A DNA stretch of 64,000 nt. It comes from Desulfobacterales bacterium (GTDB taxonomy: Bacteria > Desulfobacterota > Desulfobacteria > Desulfobacterales > UBA2174). Position 1 is the first letter of the stretch. Each line of letters starts with the position of its first letter. Positions 1-10,075 of this stretch are shown in pieces. The notes beneath the pieces were generated by a model. The model was not told where the DNA came from. It ran no database searches and worked only from the letters and a program-made list of their open reading frames with translations. The position numbers and the translations under genes were made by a program. The stretch is taken from NCBI GenBank assembly GCA_963668645.2, contig CAXXWC010000001.1:480001-544000 (forward strand), written 5' to 3'.

Positions 1-767
1 AGTTCCTCCTCGTACCGTTTTCGCCGGCTGATGTCCTGAACAACCGATATGAAATGCTCCGGTGTGCCCGAGGAATCGCGTACCAGAGAAACCGACAAAT
101 TGATCCATACCGTGGCGCCGTGCTTGCGAATGTAGCGCTTGTCCATGCTGAACGTTTCAATCTCGCCGGCCAGCATCCGGTTCACTTGAGCGATGGTGGG
201 CTCCAAATCGTCGGGATGGGTGATGCCCTGGAAAGTCAGGCTTTGAAGCTCTTCGACCGAATAGCCGATGATTTCACAGAGCCGCCGGTTGACCCGAAGC
301 CAGCGGCCATCCAGTCCGACTTGAGCGATGCCGACTGCGGCATGCTCGAACGTGATGAGGTAGCGGCTTTCACTCTTTTCAAGCCTACGCTGCAGTTCCC
401 TGTTGTACAGCGCGGTATCGATAGCGGCCTTCAATTGCAGTTCGGTGAACGGCTTGAGCACATAGCCTGCCGATGCGACCTTCTTGGCCTCGGCCAGCGT
501 GGCGGCATCGCCGTAGGCGGTCACGAAGATGATGGGGACATTATGGTGGTCCTGGATGCGGCGGGCCGCGTCGATCCCGTCAATATCACCATCGAGCACG
601 ATATCGATCAGCGCGACGTCGGGTTTTTCAGCATTGGCGGCGGCAATGGCATCAGCGCCCGTGGAAACCGGACCGACAACGCTGAACCCGATCCGCTGGA
701 GTTGCATCTCCATCAATCTTGCCAGGCTGTCTTCGTCTTCCACGATCAAACATTTTACCCTTTTCAC
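1..767 (-). CDS. Response-regulator receiver + PAS domain signalling protein (runs off left edge)
   Basis: Own translation, not in the ORF track: GTG at 767 after AGAGG; VKRVKCLIVEDED...PDVALIDIVL...PIIFVTAY...GYVLKPF (REC), then FEHAAVGIAQVGLDGRWLRVN...ITHPDD...VVQDISRRK (PAS/PAC). Confidence 0.88.
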   Translation of the reverse strand, partial: MKRVKCLIVEDEDSLARLMEMQLQRIGFSVVGPVSTGADAIAAANAEKPDVALIDIVLDGDIDGIDAARRIQDHHNVPIIFVTAYGDAATLAEAKKVASAGYVLKPFTELQLKAAIDTALYNRELQRRLEKSESRYLITFEHAAVGIAQVGLDGRWLRVNRRLCEIIGYSVEELQSLTFQGITHPDDLEPTIAQVNRMLAGEIETFSMDKRYIRKHGATVWINLSVSLVRDSSGTPEHFISVVQDISRRKRYEEE

Positions 768-2006
768 GATCCGCCTCTTTTTTCCGGGTGATGGGAGTGC
801 CCCTGAACTCACTCCTTCGGACCCGGCTTCCACTGTTGCCGTTTGAAAAAAATACTGTCCCGACCGGCTGCGACCATTCATCGGGATGGCCGCACTGAGT
901 GATCTTTAAAGCAGATCAAACGAGAGGGACGGGGGAATCAGAATCGGGAATAAGCGTTTTCTTGGTCCGACGAACAGTCTTTTTCTCTAATGGCTGAACG
1001 CGGTTTTGATAGTGTAGCCCCTCTAGCCAGGGTCTGCCAGTTATTTTTTTCAGTTGTTTCTATTTCGGTAGGATACCGGCGGTTGTGGTCACTGCGGATT
1101 TTGCACCCGTGATTTTTCTTGGCAGCAGGGCCTCCTCCAAAGGCGATCGTTGCCGCCGTGAGCAAGCGGGGAATCAGGTAATCATCGGCGATGATGCACC
1201 TTCTAACAGCCGGTGGGCAACAACGCCCCCTGCACACCTCCCGGCGCCCGTATGCACTGGGCTTTTCGGGGTGTCCACTAATTTGGAGCAAGATCAGTGT
1301 CCGTTTTTACTTGACCACAACACCTCGGGAAGGACGACAATCTCAGAAGCAACCCCCCAGTTGCCCCCCATGTGAACGGCCCGGTAACGGGGAAACTGTT
1401 GGGATGCAAGACATCCATGGGGAGCGACGTTAACCAGAAAGCAGATAAAAAGGCACAATGAAATAAAACGGAAAAAACCGTTCATTGCCCATCCCTTGAC
1501 GGACAGGGATCTGTCATATCCGAAAATGATTTTATGGCCTGAAATTCGAGGGAATAATAGCGCGCAAAGGGTTGGCAACCCGGTTTTCAAAAATCGCTGT
1601 GAGTTCAGATTCACTTACCCGCTCTTTGGCAGCAGTCCACAATATTTTTCCCATCTACTAAAATATTTTGCGCACCCTACCCGCCATCCGGCCGGGTGTC
1701 AAGACTCCTTTGACCGGATTTCAGGGCCCCGTCAAAAGTGGGGATCCAATTTCTTTGCGTGTCAGATTTTTAATCTGTCGCCGTCTCCCGCCGATCTGCG
1801 CAACTGCAGATTCACTGACCTTCGCAATGACGAGGGATCTGCAGTCAGAAAAACCGGCCGAACATGGCATGCCAAACAGGAAATCTCTTTTACCGTTGTC
1901 GCCCAGCGATCGCGCAAAATCGTTATAACTATTTTTTATCATTAGTTTTTTTTAAGTTTTAATTGTCAATTCACGGCTCTCGGGTTACTATTGTAAATCC
2001 ACTGGC

Positions 2007-3287
2007 GTGGATGTTTTCAAATCTAATTCAGCTTTAAAGGGTTATCCATCCAGGCTGCAAGGAGGCGCCGAAAGAAGCAATATGCCGGCAAAACACGACT
2101 CGAAAAGGCATCTCTGCATGCGGGCTATGATAACAGACCTCTTGCTGATCTTGATTTCAGGTTTTCCCAATCTGCTTGCCGGTTCCGGCCAGTCTTTTTC
2201 AGCATCGCCACCAGTCGTACAGACGTTTTTTTCAGCGGCACCACTTGATGGGGTGACGGCAACCGCTGTGCCCGCGATGGATTTCTGGCCGGCGCATCGC
2301 GCCAAAATCCTGCCCGATACGCCTGCCGTTTTCTTCGATATCAATGCTCCTGCATTGCAGCGCCACCCCATCCCGTTGTCTGAACTGCCGGCGGAAACTG
2401 TCATCAAAAATCGTCAATGCACGCTTTGGGATCTTCACCGGCTGCAAATCATCGGCGTCGCTATCGGCTTTCTGGTGCTGATTTCGGGGATTCTTATTCT
2501 GGCAGTCCTGAACCGCAAATTGAACCGCACCCGCAACGAACTGAGCCGCCTCAATGAAGATTTGGAGACCAAAGTATCGGAACGTACGGCTGACCTGAGC
2601 CAAACCAACCGCTGGCTTTCGATGGAAATCGCCGAACGGGTAAAATCAAACGGGGAACTGAAGGCCAGTGAAGCCCAATATCGCCTTCTGGCGGAAAATA
2701 TGCTCGATGTCGTCTGGACCATGAATCCGGAGGGAAAATTTACCTATGTCAGCCCTTCGGTGGAGAACCTGCGCGGATATACACCCCAAGAAGCCCTGGC
2801 CCAGTCTCTTGCGGAGGCGCTGACTCCCGAGTCCCTGAAAATAGTACGGGATCTGATTGCAAAAACGATTCCCCAGGCCAGAAAAGGGGCCAGGCATTTC
2901 GCATCAAGCCCACTGCCTTATGAAATGGAGCAGCCCTGTAAAAACGGCTCCACCGTTTGGACCGAAGCGCTGGTAAGGGTGCTGTTTGATGAAGATTGTG
3001 AATTTATCGGTTTTCTGGGGGTGACCCGGAACATCAGCGAGCGCAAAGCTGCCGAAGCGGAACGGGAGCGGTTGATCAGGGATTTGCAGGAGGCTTTGGG
3101 CAGGGTCAAACAGATCGAGGGGATTCTTCCCATTTGCAGCTTCTGCAAACGGATCCGGGATGAAGATGGCCACTGGCACCGGCTGGAAAGCTACATCTCC
3201 GAGCATTCTGAAGCCCAATTCACTCACGGCTTTTGCCCGCAATGTGGCCGCAAGTATTATCCCGATTATTTTGATGAACCGGACTAA
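2007..3287 (+). CDS. Membrane-anchored PAS sensor with C-terminal CxxC...HGxCPxC domain; start uncertain (2082/2118 possible)
   Basis: TM segment IIGVAIGFLVLISGILILAVL, coiled coil LETKVSERT, PAS YRLLAENMLDVVW...YVSPSV, tail LPICSFCKRIRD...FTHGFCPQC. Confidence 0.8.
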   Translation: MDVFKSNSALKGYPSRLQGGAERSNMPAKHDSKRHLCMRAMITDLLLILISGFPNLLAGSGQSFSASPPVVQTFFSAAPLDGVTATAVPAMDFWPAHRAKILPDTPAVFFDINAPALQRHPIPLSELPAETVIKNRQCTLWDLHRLQIIGVAIGFLVLISGILILAVLNRKLNRTRNELSRLNEDLETKVSERTADLSQTNRWLSMEIAERVKSNGELKASEAQYRLLAENMLDVVWTMNPEGKFTYVSPSVENLRGYTPQEALAQSLAEALTPESLKIVRDLIAKTIPQARKGARHFASSPLPYEMEQPCKNGSTVWTEALVRVLFDEDCEFIGFLGVTRNISERKAAEAERERLIRDLQEALGRVKQIEGILPICSFCKRIRDEDGHWHRLESYISEHSEAQFTHGFCPQCGRKYYPDYFDEPD

Positions 3288-3449
3288 AAACAGAAAGATG
3301 GCCTGCCCATCTTCCAAAGCCTTCGACACACCGAAGCGCCAGGATATATGGTGAATTTTTCATAGTTTCGCAGTGAAACAGAACCATGCCTTGCCCCATG
3401 ATTTCAGGTAGGGCTCGATCAACATCTTCTCCTCCTCATTGGTTGCGGG

Positions 3450-6400
3450 TCACCTCAAGGGTGGCCCGGCGTCGTTTGATCCATATGTCAGTCCGAACAC
3501 CGTATCCGTCATCCAGCGCTTGAAACCCGCGTTGTCCATGAACTGCTTGAACAGTTCGGTGTCGTCCTTCATCACCGCGGTCATCACCCGCAAGAGGGCC
3601 TTGTCGTGCTCAATGCGGGCATTTTGCTTGTCCGAGTACTGCTGCGCGTTGCGGTAGGCCGTGTCCGCGGCCACCCGGGCCGGAATGGTCTCGGTGATCA
3701 GCCGGCGCACCCGGTCGGCATCCTGCCACCGGATGTCGCCGAAGTGTTCGTTGAACACCCGGATGATGTTGGAGAGCCTGTCCAGTTCGGGCTCAGCGCG
3801 GTGCCCGCCGCCGCCGGCCGGCACCGGCTCGATTTCGGCATCCTCGTCCGGCAGGATGATCCTCTGCATGGCCCGTTTTTCGACCCGGTAGCTGTCCATG
3901 TCGATGGCGTCGAGAATCCCCTTGGAAAGATCCTCCTCCTTGGGCGCCGGGAGCTTCGGGATCAAAAAGTTCAAAAAGATCGATCGCTTTTCCCAGCCGG
4001 CATTGTTGTAAGGCAGCACCGCGGAAAGAAACGCGTAGGTGCGCACGAAGGCCTTGGCCCTGCCCTTGAAACCCACTTGGCCATCCTCGTCGAGATCGCC
4101 GAGGTAGACTGCCACGCAGGCGTCGAGGATCGGATCGAGACGCTCGCGCTCGGCCCCGCCGAGGTAGAGCCGGACGAAATCCTCGACCTGACCAGGCGAA
4201 TAGACCTGCGCCCCGTCCAGGCCGGCTTGGAGGTCGTGCAGCTTGTCGGGGTCGGTCTCGTCGGCCAGGATCGTGGCCCGGTAGAACGGGGCAAAGGCGT
4301 CGCGGATCGTATCCGCGTCGTTCATAAAGTCGAGCACAAAGGTGTCGTGCTTTTTCGGATGCGCCCGGTTGAGCCGCGAGAGGGTCTGCACCGCCTTGAT
4401 CCCCGCAAGGGTCTTGTCCACGTACATGGTGTGCAGCAGCGGCTCGTCGTAACCGGTCTGAAACTTGTCAGCGCAAACGAGAAAGCGGTAGGGCTCTTCG
4501 CGGAACCTGGCCGCGATCTTGCTCGACGCAAAGCCGTTGAGCGCGGTTTCGGTAACCTTGACCCCGCCGTACTCAGGCTCGCCCGAAAAGGCCACCAGGG
4601 CCTCGGCCCTGCTCTTGCGGGCCTTGAGGTAGTCGCGGATGGCATGAAAGTACTGGATCGCCCTTTGGATGCCGCTGGTGACCACCATGGCCCGGGCCTG
4701 GCCGCCGAGTTTGCCCTGGGCAAGCACCTGATCGTGGAAGTGGTCCACCATGATTTCGGCCTTGAGCCGGATGGCGTGCTCGTGCCCCTCCACGAAGCGG
4801 CGCAGCTTCTTTTGGGCCTTGTTGACGTCGAACTCCGGGTCGTCCTCAACCGTCTTGGCCAGCTTGTAGTAGCTTTCCACCGGCGTGTAGTGGGCCAGCA
4901 CATCCAGGATGAAGCGCTCCTCGATGGCCTGCTTCATGGTGTAGGTGTGAAAGGCGCGGTGTTTGATCTTCCCGTCGGCCTGGGGGTCGGGCGCCCCGAA
5001 GATCTCCAGGGTCTTGTTCTTGGGGGTGGCGGTAAAGGCGAAGTAGCTGGCGTTGGAAACGAGCTTGCGCGCCTCCATGAGACGGTTGATCTGATCCTCG
5101 AAGGTCTCCTCATCGCCCGCTTGTCCCGCCTCGCAAAGCGCCTGGGCCATGGCCGCGCTGGTGCGGCCCCCCTGGCTGGAGTGGGCCTCGTCGATGATGA
5201 TGGCAAAGGTCCGTCCCCGGTGTTCGCCGCCGATCTCGTCGAGGATAAAGGGAAACTTCTGGACCGTGGAGATGATGACCTTCTTGCCTGCCTCGATGAA
5301 CCGGCGCAGGTCGCCCGAACGGTCCGCATGTCCCACGGTGGCCCCCACCTGGGCATACTGGCGGATGGTGTCGCAGATCTGGCGATCGAGCAGGACCCGG
5401 TCCGTGACTACGATGATCGAATCGAAAACCGGGACGCCGCCTTTTTCGAGCCCGATCAACTGGTGGGCCAGCCAGGCGATGGAGTTGGACTTGCCGCTGC
5501 CCGCCGAGTGCTGGATCAGGTAGCGCTGGCCCGCGCCCCTTTCCCCGGCGTCGGCCAGTAGCTTTCGCACCACGTCGAGCTGGTGGTACCGGGGCCAGAT
5601 CTGGACCCGTTTTTTCCGGCCGGTCCGTTCATCCTTCGAGGCCACCACCTGGGCGTAGTTTTCCAGGATGTCGGCCAGGCTCTCGCGGGTGAGCACCTCG
5701 CGCCACAGGTAGCCGGTCTTCAAACCGTCCGGATTGGGCGGGTTGCCGGCCCCGTCCCTCCAGCCGCGGTTGAACGGCAAGAACCACGAGGCTTTCCCCT
5801 TGAGGTGGGTGCAAAACTGCACCTCGCTTTCGTCCACGGCAAAGTGGGCCACGCAGCGGCCCAACTCGAAGAGCTTCTCGCGCGGGTTGCGATCCTTTTT
5901 GTACTGCCAGACCGCGTCGTCCACCGTCTGCTTGGTGAGGTTGTTCTTCAGCTCGAAGGTGAAGACCGGAAGACCGTTGATAAAAAGGACCATGTCCAGG
6001 GCCAACTGGGTCTCGTCACGGCTGTAACGCACCTGGCGGGTGACAATGAATCGGTTCAGATCGAAGAGCGTCCGGGCCTTGTCGTTGCCCGGCGACGGCG
6101 TGCCGTAAAACAGGTCCAAATCATGGGCCCCGTGCCGGATGCCGCCTCTTAACACGTCGATGGTGCCACGCTTGCTGATCTCTCCTTGCAGCCGGGCCAG
6201 GAACTTGCGCCGCGCCGGGCCGTCCTCGTCCAGGGCCAGGGACTCGGCCGCCCCGGGCTGGGTGGCGTTCAAAAAGGCGGCCAGTTGCACCAGATCGACG
6301 CAGTACTCGCGGTCGTAGTCGTGCGGATCGCCGCAGATCCATCCCACACCGCCGAAACCCGGCAGGGGTTCGGCCACCCCTTCGCCTCGGGAAGCTTCGC

Positions 6401-6467
6401 AGGGATGTCCCGTGAGGGCCGTGCAGATCAGCCGTTCGAGACCGCGTTCGGAGGTGTCGGTGGTCAT
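3450..6467 (-). CDS. hsdR: Type I restriction endonuclease subunit R
   Basis: Nuclease motif DMVLFINGLPVFTFELK, Walker A HSAGSGKS, DEAH box, FTATPK, QTLSRLNR. Confidence 0.95.
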   Translation of the reverse strand: MTTDTSERGLERLICTALTGHPCEASRGEGVAEPLPGFGGVGWICGDPHDYDREYCVDLVQLAAFLNATQPGAAESLALDEDGPARRKFLARLQGEISKRGTIDVLRGGIRHGAHDLDLFYGTPSPGNDKARTLFDLNRFIVTRQVRYSRDETQLALDMVLFINGLPVFTFELKNNLTKQTVDDAVWQYKKDRNPREKLFELGRCVAHFAVDESEVQFCTHLKGKASWFLPFNRGWRDGAGNPPNPDGLKTGYLWREVLTRESLADILENYAQVVASKDERTGRKKRVQIWPRYHQLDVVRKLLADAGERGAGQRYLIQHSAGSGKSNSIAWLAHQLIGLEKGGVPVFDSIIVVTDRVLLDRQICDTIRQYAQVGATVGHADRSGDLRRFIEAGKKVIISTVQKFPFILDEIGGEHRGRTFAIIIDEAHSSQGGRTSAAMAQALCEAGQAGDEETFEDQINRLMEARKLVSNASYFAFTATPKNKTLEIFGAPDPQADGKIKHRAFHTYTMKQAIEERFILDVLAHYTPVESYYKLAKTVEDDPEFDVNKAQKKLRRFVEGHEHAIRLKAEIMVDHFHDQVLAQGKLGGQARAMVVTSGIQRAIQYFHAIRDYLKARKSRAEALVAFSGEPEYGGVKVTETALNGFASSKIAARFREEPYRFLVCADKFQTGYDEPLLHTMYVDKTLAGIKAVQTLSRLNRAHPKKHDTFVLDFMNDADTIRDAFAPFYRATILADETDPDKLHDLQAGLDGAQVYSPGQVEDFVRLYLGGAERERLDPILDACVAVYLGDLDEDGQVGFKGRAKAFVRTYAFLSAVLPYNNAGWEKRSIFLNFLIPKLPAPKEEDLSKGILDAIDMDSYRVEKRAMQRIILPDEDAEIEPVPAGGGGHRAEPELDRLSNIIRVFNEHFGDIRWQDADRVRRLITETIPARVAADTAYRNAQQYSDKQNARIEHDKALLRVMTAVMKDDTELFKQFMDNAGFKRWMTDTVFGLTYGSNDAGPPLR

Positions 6468-6852
6468 GGCGGCTCCTGTTCACAGATCAGGTGGGTGGTT
6501 ATCCGGGTATGCAGTTCCTTTTCCGCGGGGCGGCTTTCTGCGATCATCAGGGCCTTGGAATTGATCTAACAGCCGACGGAGATAATGGCGTCGTGAAGTG
6601 CTCGACAGCCCGTTTGACCTCCCGGTCACCCTCGGTTTGAACTGTTGCATATTTTGCAACAGTTGCCTCGCGATCCAGTTTCCCCTCCTTGAAAAGCTTG
6701 TTCAAGTGCCGGGAAATCAACTACTTGTCGCGTTCGAACAGGACGGCAGGCCAGAGAGTTTCCTGCTCCAGGCGCACATCCAGTGCCACGCCGCCATCCG
6801 GGCCATGATAGATGACGATCTCGCCGCGCGCCGGATTCACGAAGGCGTTCAT
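6464..6852 (-). pseudogene. RhuM-family (RhuM-Fic/Doc) pseudogene, internally deleted
   Basis: Own translation GEIVIYHGPDGGVALDVRLEQETLW...*LISRHLNKLFKEG...(frameshift)DAIISVGC*INSK|ALMIAESRPAEKEL; TAG at 6721 and 6566; ATGA overlaps with hsdS and hsdR. Confidence 0.75.
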
Positions 6853-8276
6853 CCACCACCCTCCTCCGCCATTGCTTCCATCTCGTCGAGGTCGGCCTCG
6901 GCGTCGCCGTCAAACATCTCGTCGGTCTCGTCGTTTACTGCCAGCGGATCCACCTCGGGCAACGCGGCCGCCGCCGCGCGCACGTCTAGCTTGCCGGTGA
7001 CCACGTCAGCGATCAGGCGGGTGCGGTATTCGTTGAGACGTTCGATTTCACATTGCGCATTAGCAATCAGTTCAGTGAATTTGCTTGTTGATTGATCAAT
7101 TTGTTTGACTATCGCATCCTGTTCAGGCTTCGGCGGAAGTGCAAGCACGTAGTTCCTGATCGTCGAAATATTCACGTGGGGCGCTGTTGCCCCCATTACA
7201 TCCTGGCTGGCCTGTGCATAGACGACTGGACTATTTAACAGCCACATTACGAAGGCCGGGTTGTTTTCAGATCGAATGCGAAAGATCATCATTCGCTGCG
7301 AGATACACAGTTTCGTATTCGGTGGGACACAGGCCGCAATTCCAAAACGTTCGCCCTCACGCGAATAAAGTATGTCTCCAGTTTCCGGTTCAAGACGTTC
7401 CGTCCAAAGGTGATATTCAGCCTCTGACAAACGGCGAGCGCTGGATAGGTGAACCACGCCTGCTGATATGTCGGCAGTTCTAATTGCAGGAAAAATCCCG
7501 TGAGAAGAGTAACGGGGTGTAGCATGCAGGCAGTCGATTATTTTAGAGGCTACAAACTTAAGCCGGGTCACCCCCCAATGCGCCGGCACCTTCCCCAGCC
7601 ACTCGACGCCGGAATCCTTAAGGGGCACATCCGGGTCGAGACCCCGGGTGACGGCGCGGTGGATGATGGCCTGCTTCTGCTCGGCGAACAACGCGATCAG
7701 CTTGCGCTTCGCCTGCACCAGCCGCCGCACCCGCCGGTCCATATAATTCAGATACTTCACTATGGCGTCTTGTTCCGACGCCGGAGGTAGAGGAAATGGG
7801 GCACACAAGAATGAATCATCTGTCATCTGGAGTCTGGAAGTCCAAACCCCCTTCGATCGAACCCGAAGTTCCCACTGAAAGGGTGAAGATCGAACAAGCT
7901 CATGAATAAACCCTGGATCTACAGAATTGAGCGGGCGATAGACACTATACGCAGTACTAATGATTCCATGGTAGTTTGATACCCCGAGACCACCAGCCCA
8001 TGCCCAAAGACTGTTAATTACAAGGTCGTCAGGCCAACAGAGTTTGTGCCCACTATATGATTCTGCTTTAAACATAGTAACATTCGCTGTTCGGCGAGGA
8101 AGAACCCCTCGATTTGACGAGACGGTAAGCAATTCTTCTTTTCCCGTCTCCGAGCGAACATCGATACACTTGAACAGGCATTTCCCTCGCTTTATACACC
8201 AATGGGCCGGCACCGCCCCCAACCACTCGACGCCGGAGTCCTTCATCGCATGATAAGGTTTGAGGTCGGTTATCAT
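6849..8276 (-). CDS. hsdS: Type I R-M specificity subunit S
   Basis: Duplicated conserved region [15 protein letters not shown], PLPPxxEQDAIV twice, C-terminal [13 protein letters not shown], two AT-richer TRDs. Confidence 0.93.
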   Translation of the reverse strand: MITDLKPYHAMKDSGVEWLGAVPAHWCIKRGKCLFKCIDVRSETGKEELLTVSSNRGVLPRRTANVTMFKAESYSGHKLCWPDDLVINSLWAWAGGLGVSNYHGIISTAYSVYRPLNSVDPGFIHELVRSSPFQWELRVRSKGVWTSRLQMTDDSFLCAPFPLPPASEQDAIVKYLNYMDRRVRRLVQAKRKLIALFAEQKQAIIHRAVTRGLDPDVPLKDSGVEWLGKVPAHWGVTRLKFVASKIIDCLHATPRYSSHGIFPAIRTADISAGVVHLSSARRLSEAEYHLWTERLEPETGDILYSREGERFGIAACVPPNTKLCISQRMMIFRIRSENNPAFVMWLLNSPVVYAQASQDVMGATAPHVNISTIRNYVLALPPKPEQDAIVKQIDQSTSKFTELIANAQCEIERLNEYRTRLIADVVTGKLDVRAAAAALPEVDPLAVNDETDEMFDGDAEADLDEMEAMAEEGGG

Positions 8277-10075
8277 GAAAGTACCTCAAACCATTCCTTG
8301 ATTCGGAGGGCCATCAAGCGGCGCCGTTCGATGAGAAACGTGTCGTAGTCCGGCACCTCACCGTCGATCAGGCCCGCTGGAAGGCAGTTCTGGGCAAAAT
8401 TAGCCTGCAACCGCTCGCGATCCACGATGCCGCCGTAACGCTTCGGGCCGCCGTTGGCCTGGTCGGCGATCTCGGCGAAGTAGGTTTCCGGCGCCTTGTC
8501 GCCGATGGCAATGTTGATTTCACTCTGGGCGAGGACGAAGTTGGCGATCTGGTTGTAGCGGCCACGGCTCAAGCCCTGCGACTTGAGGTGCTTGCGCGGA
8601 AAGACGTGATGTTTGTCGCCGCGGTTGAGCAGCAGGTCCCGCACGGTGATATCGGTGGACAGGAACCCCTTGTCGCCGAGGCGCGCCTGGGCCGCCTGGT
8701 AGGCGATGAAATAGGGACTCTGGGCCGATGACGTGTCCATGAGCTGGGGCAGCATGCCGGTCCAGAAGGTGTCCGCCAGCTCGTTTTCGATAACGGTCTC
8801 TGCGTAGCTCCTAAGACCCTGGCTCTCGATCTGGCGGATGTCTAAGTCAAACGCGGTTTCCGGGCTGCCAGAATAACGCCCCGTCAGGATCGACATGGCA
8901 TACCAGCGACGCACCAGGCGTTCGAGGTCGTCAGCGGGCAGGCCCTGGGTCCGGCCTCGGAGATAGACGATGTAGGCGAAGTTGACGGCGTTCTGGCTTC
9001 GGATCAGGGCGCTCGTCAAAAACCCGGACGACCGCAGGATCATGGTCAGACGGTCGAAGTGGGTCTTGTTGATAAAGGCTTCGATGCCTTTTTTCAGCTT
9101 GGCGAAGGAGTCCTCGGCGATGGCCTCCTCGTACTCACGGGTTTCGAAGTTGCGGCCCGAGAGCAGGGCGACCAGGTCCTGGAGCTTGCCACGCCCGAAT
9201 TCCGAGGTGAATGCCACGCGCAACATGTCGGTGTAGGTCGGGTCGTAGAGGTCCTCGTTGGCGGCATCCTTCAGCCATTTCATCCTGGGCCAAAAATCGG
9301 ACGCCACGAAAGCCGGGTCGCCCTTCTCGATCTTTGAAAAATACTCCGGTGCGACCGCAAGGTGGCAGAAATAATCGATGGCCTTGCGCAGCACGTTCCC
9401 ACCGTAAGTCTCGTTGACGGCGATCTTGGACATGGCAAAATCCGCCTGGGACAGCTCGGCGCCCGCCGAGTTCACGCGGATAAAAATCTCGGTAACGGTC
9501 TCGATGTCGAGGTCTTCTGCAAGCTCAATCAGTCCCACGTGATTGTTGACGATCTTGCCGACATTTTGCAGCACCTTGCCGACGGCCTTGCGGTCGGCGC
9601 CGTTGTTGCGATCGACATACTGTTCGACCAGCTCGATAAGGTCCGCATCCGGATCGAAAATATTCTTAATGTCGTCGATCCAGGCCTTGTCCTTGGCGAT
9701 GGCCGGGTTTCTGACCTCGAATCGTTCTTCGACGGGATGAAAGGCGATTCGGATGTTCACCGTCTCGTAGTCCTTGGTCAACACCTCTTGACCCAGCAAC
9801 GCCGCCATCAGGGCTGTGATCCGTTGCTGGCCATCGATCAGGATACGCTTGCCCGCTGACGGCGTGCCGTCCTTGAGTTTGACTGTTGGGTTGCGCCATG
9901 AAATCAAGTAGCCCACCGGGTAACCATGGTAGAGAGAATCGAGCAGATTGCGGACCTTGATGGCGTCCCATACAAAGGGCCGTTGGATCTCGGGAATGGC
10001 GATCTCACCCGACTTGACCCAGGTCAGCAAGGTCTCGATGGGGTGCGGGGTAACCGAATAGCGTTGGGTAGCCAT
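8273..10075 (-). CDS. DUF262 (GmrS-like) + C-terminal HNH-like protein, putative GmrSD-type Type IV nuclease
   Basis: [26 protein letters not shown] (DUF262 motifs); DKHHVFP...NQIANF (DUF1524/HNH-like). Confidence 0.85.
   Translation of the reverse strand: MATQRYSVTPHPIETLLTWVKSGEIAIPEIQRPFVWDAIKVRNLLDSLYHGYPVGYLISWRNPTVKLKDGTPSAGKRILIDGQQRITALMAALLGQEVLTKDYETVNIRIAFHPVEERFEVRNPAIAKDKAWIDDIKNIFDPDADLIELVEQYVDRNNGADRKAVGKVLQNVGKIVNNHVGLIELAEDLDIETVTEIFIRVNSAGAELSQADFAMSKIAVNETYGGNVLRKAIDYFCHLAVAPEYFSKIEKGDPAFVASDFWPRMKWLKDAANEDLYDPTYTDMLRVAFTSEFGRGKLQDLVALLSGRNFETREYEEAIAEDSFAKLKKGIEAFINKTHFDRLTMILRSSGFLTSALIRSQNAVNFAYIVYLRGRTQGLPADDLERLVRRWYAMSILTGRYSGSPETAFDLDIRQIESQGLRSYAETVIENELADTFWTGMLPQLMDTSSAQSPYFIAYQAAQARLGDKGFLSTDITVRDLLLNRGDKHHVFPRKHLKSQGLSRGRYNQIANFVLAQSEINIAIGDKAPETYFAEIADQANGGPKRYGGIVDRERLQANFAQNCLPAGLIDGEVPDYDTFLIERRRLMALRIKEWFEVLS

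Noticed and set aside
54..791. 245-aa plus-strand ORF
   Set aside because: Antisense shadow of the REC-PAS gene on the minus strand
781..2006. Riboswitch, ncRNA or CRISPR array in the long spacer
   Set aside because: No regular repeats or recognisable aptamer consensus by eye; needs an Rfam scan
3606..5561. 651-aa plus-strand ORF and similar long antisense ORFs (36949-38181, 46783-48501, 50279-51631, 60224-61705)
   Set aside because: Shadows of well-supported genes in GC-rich DNA; no motifs
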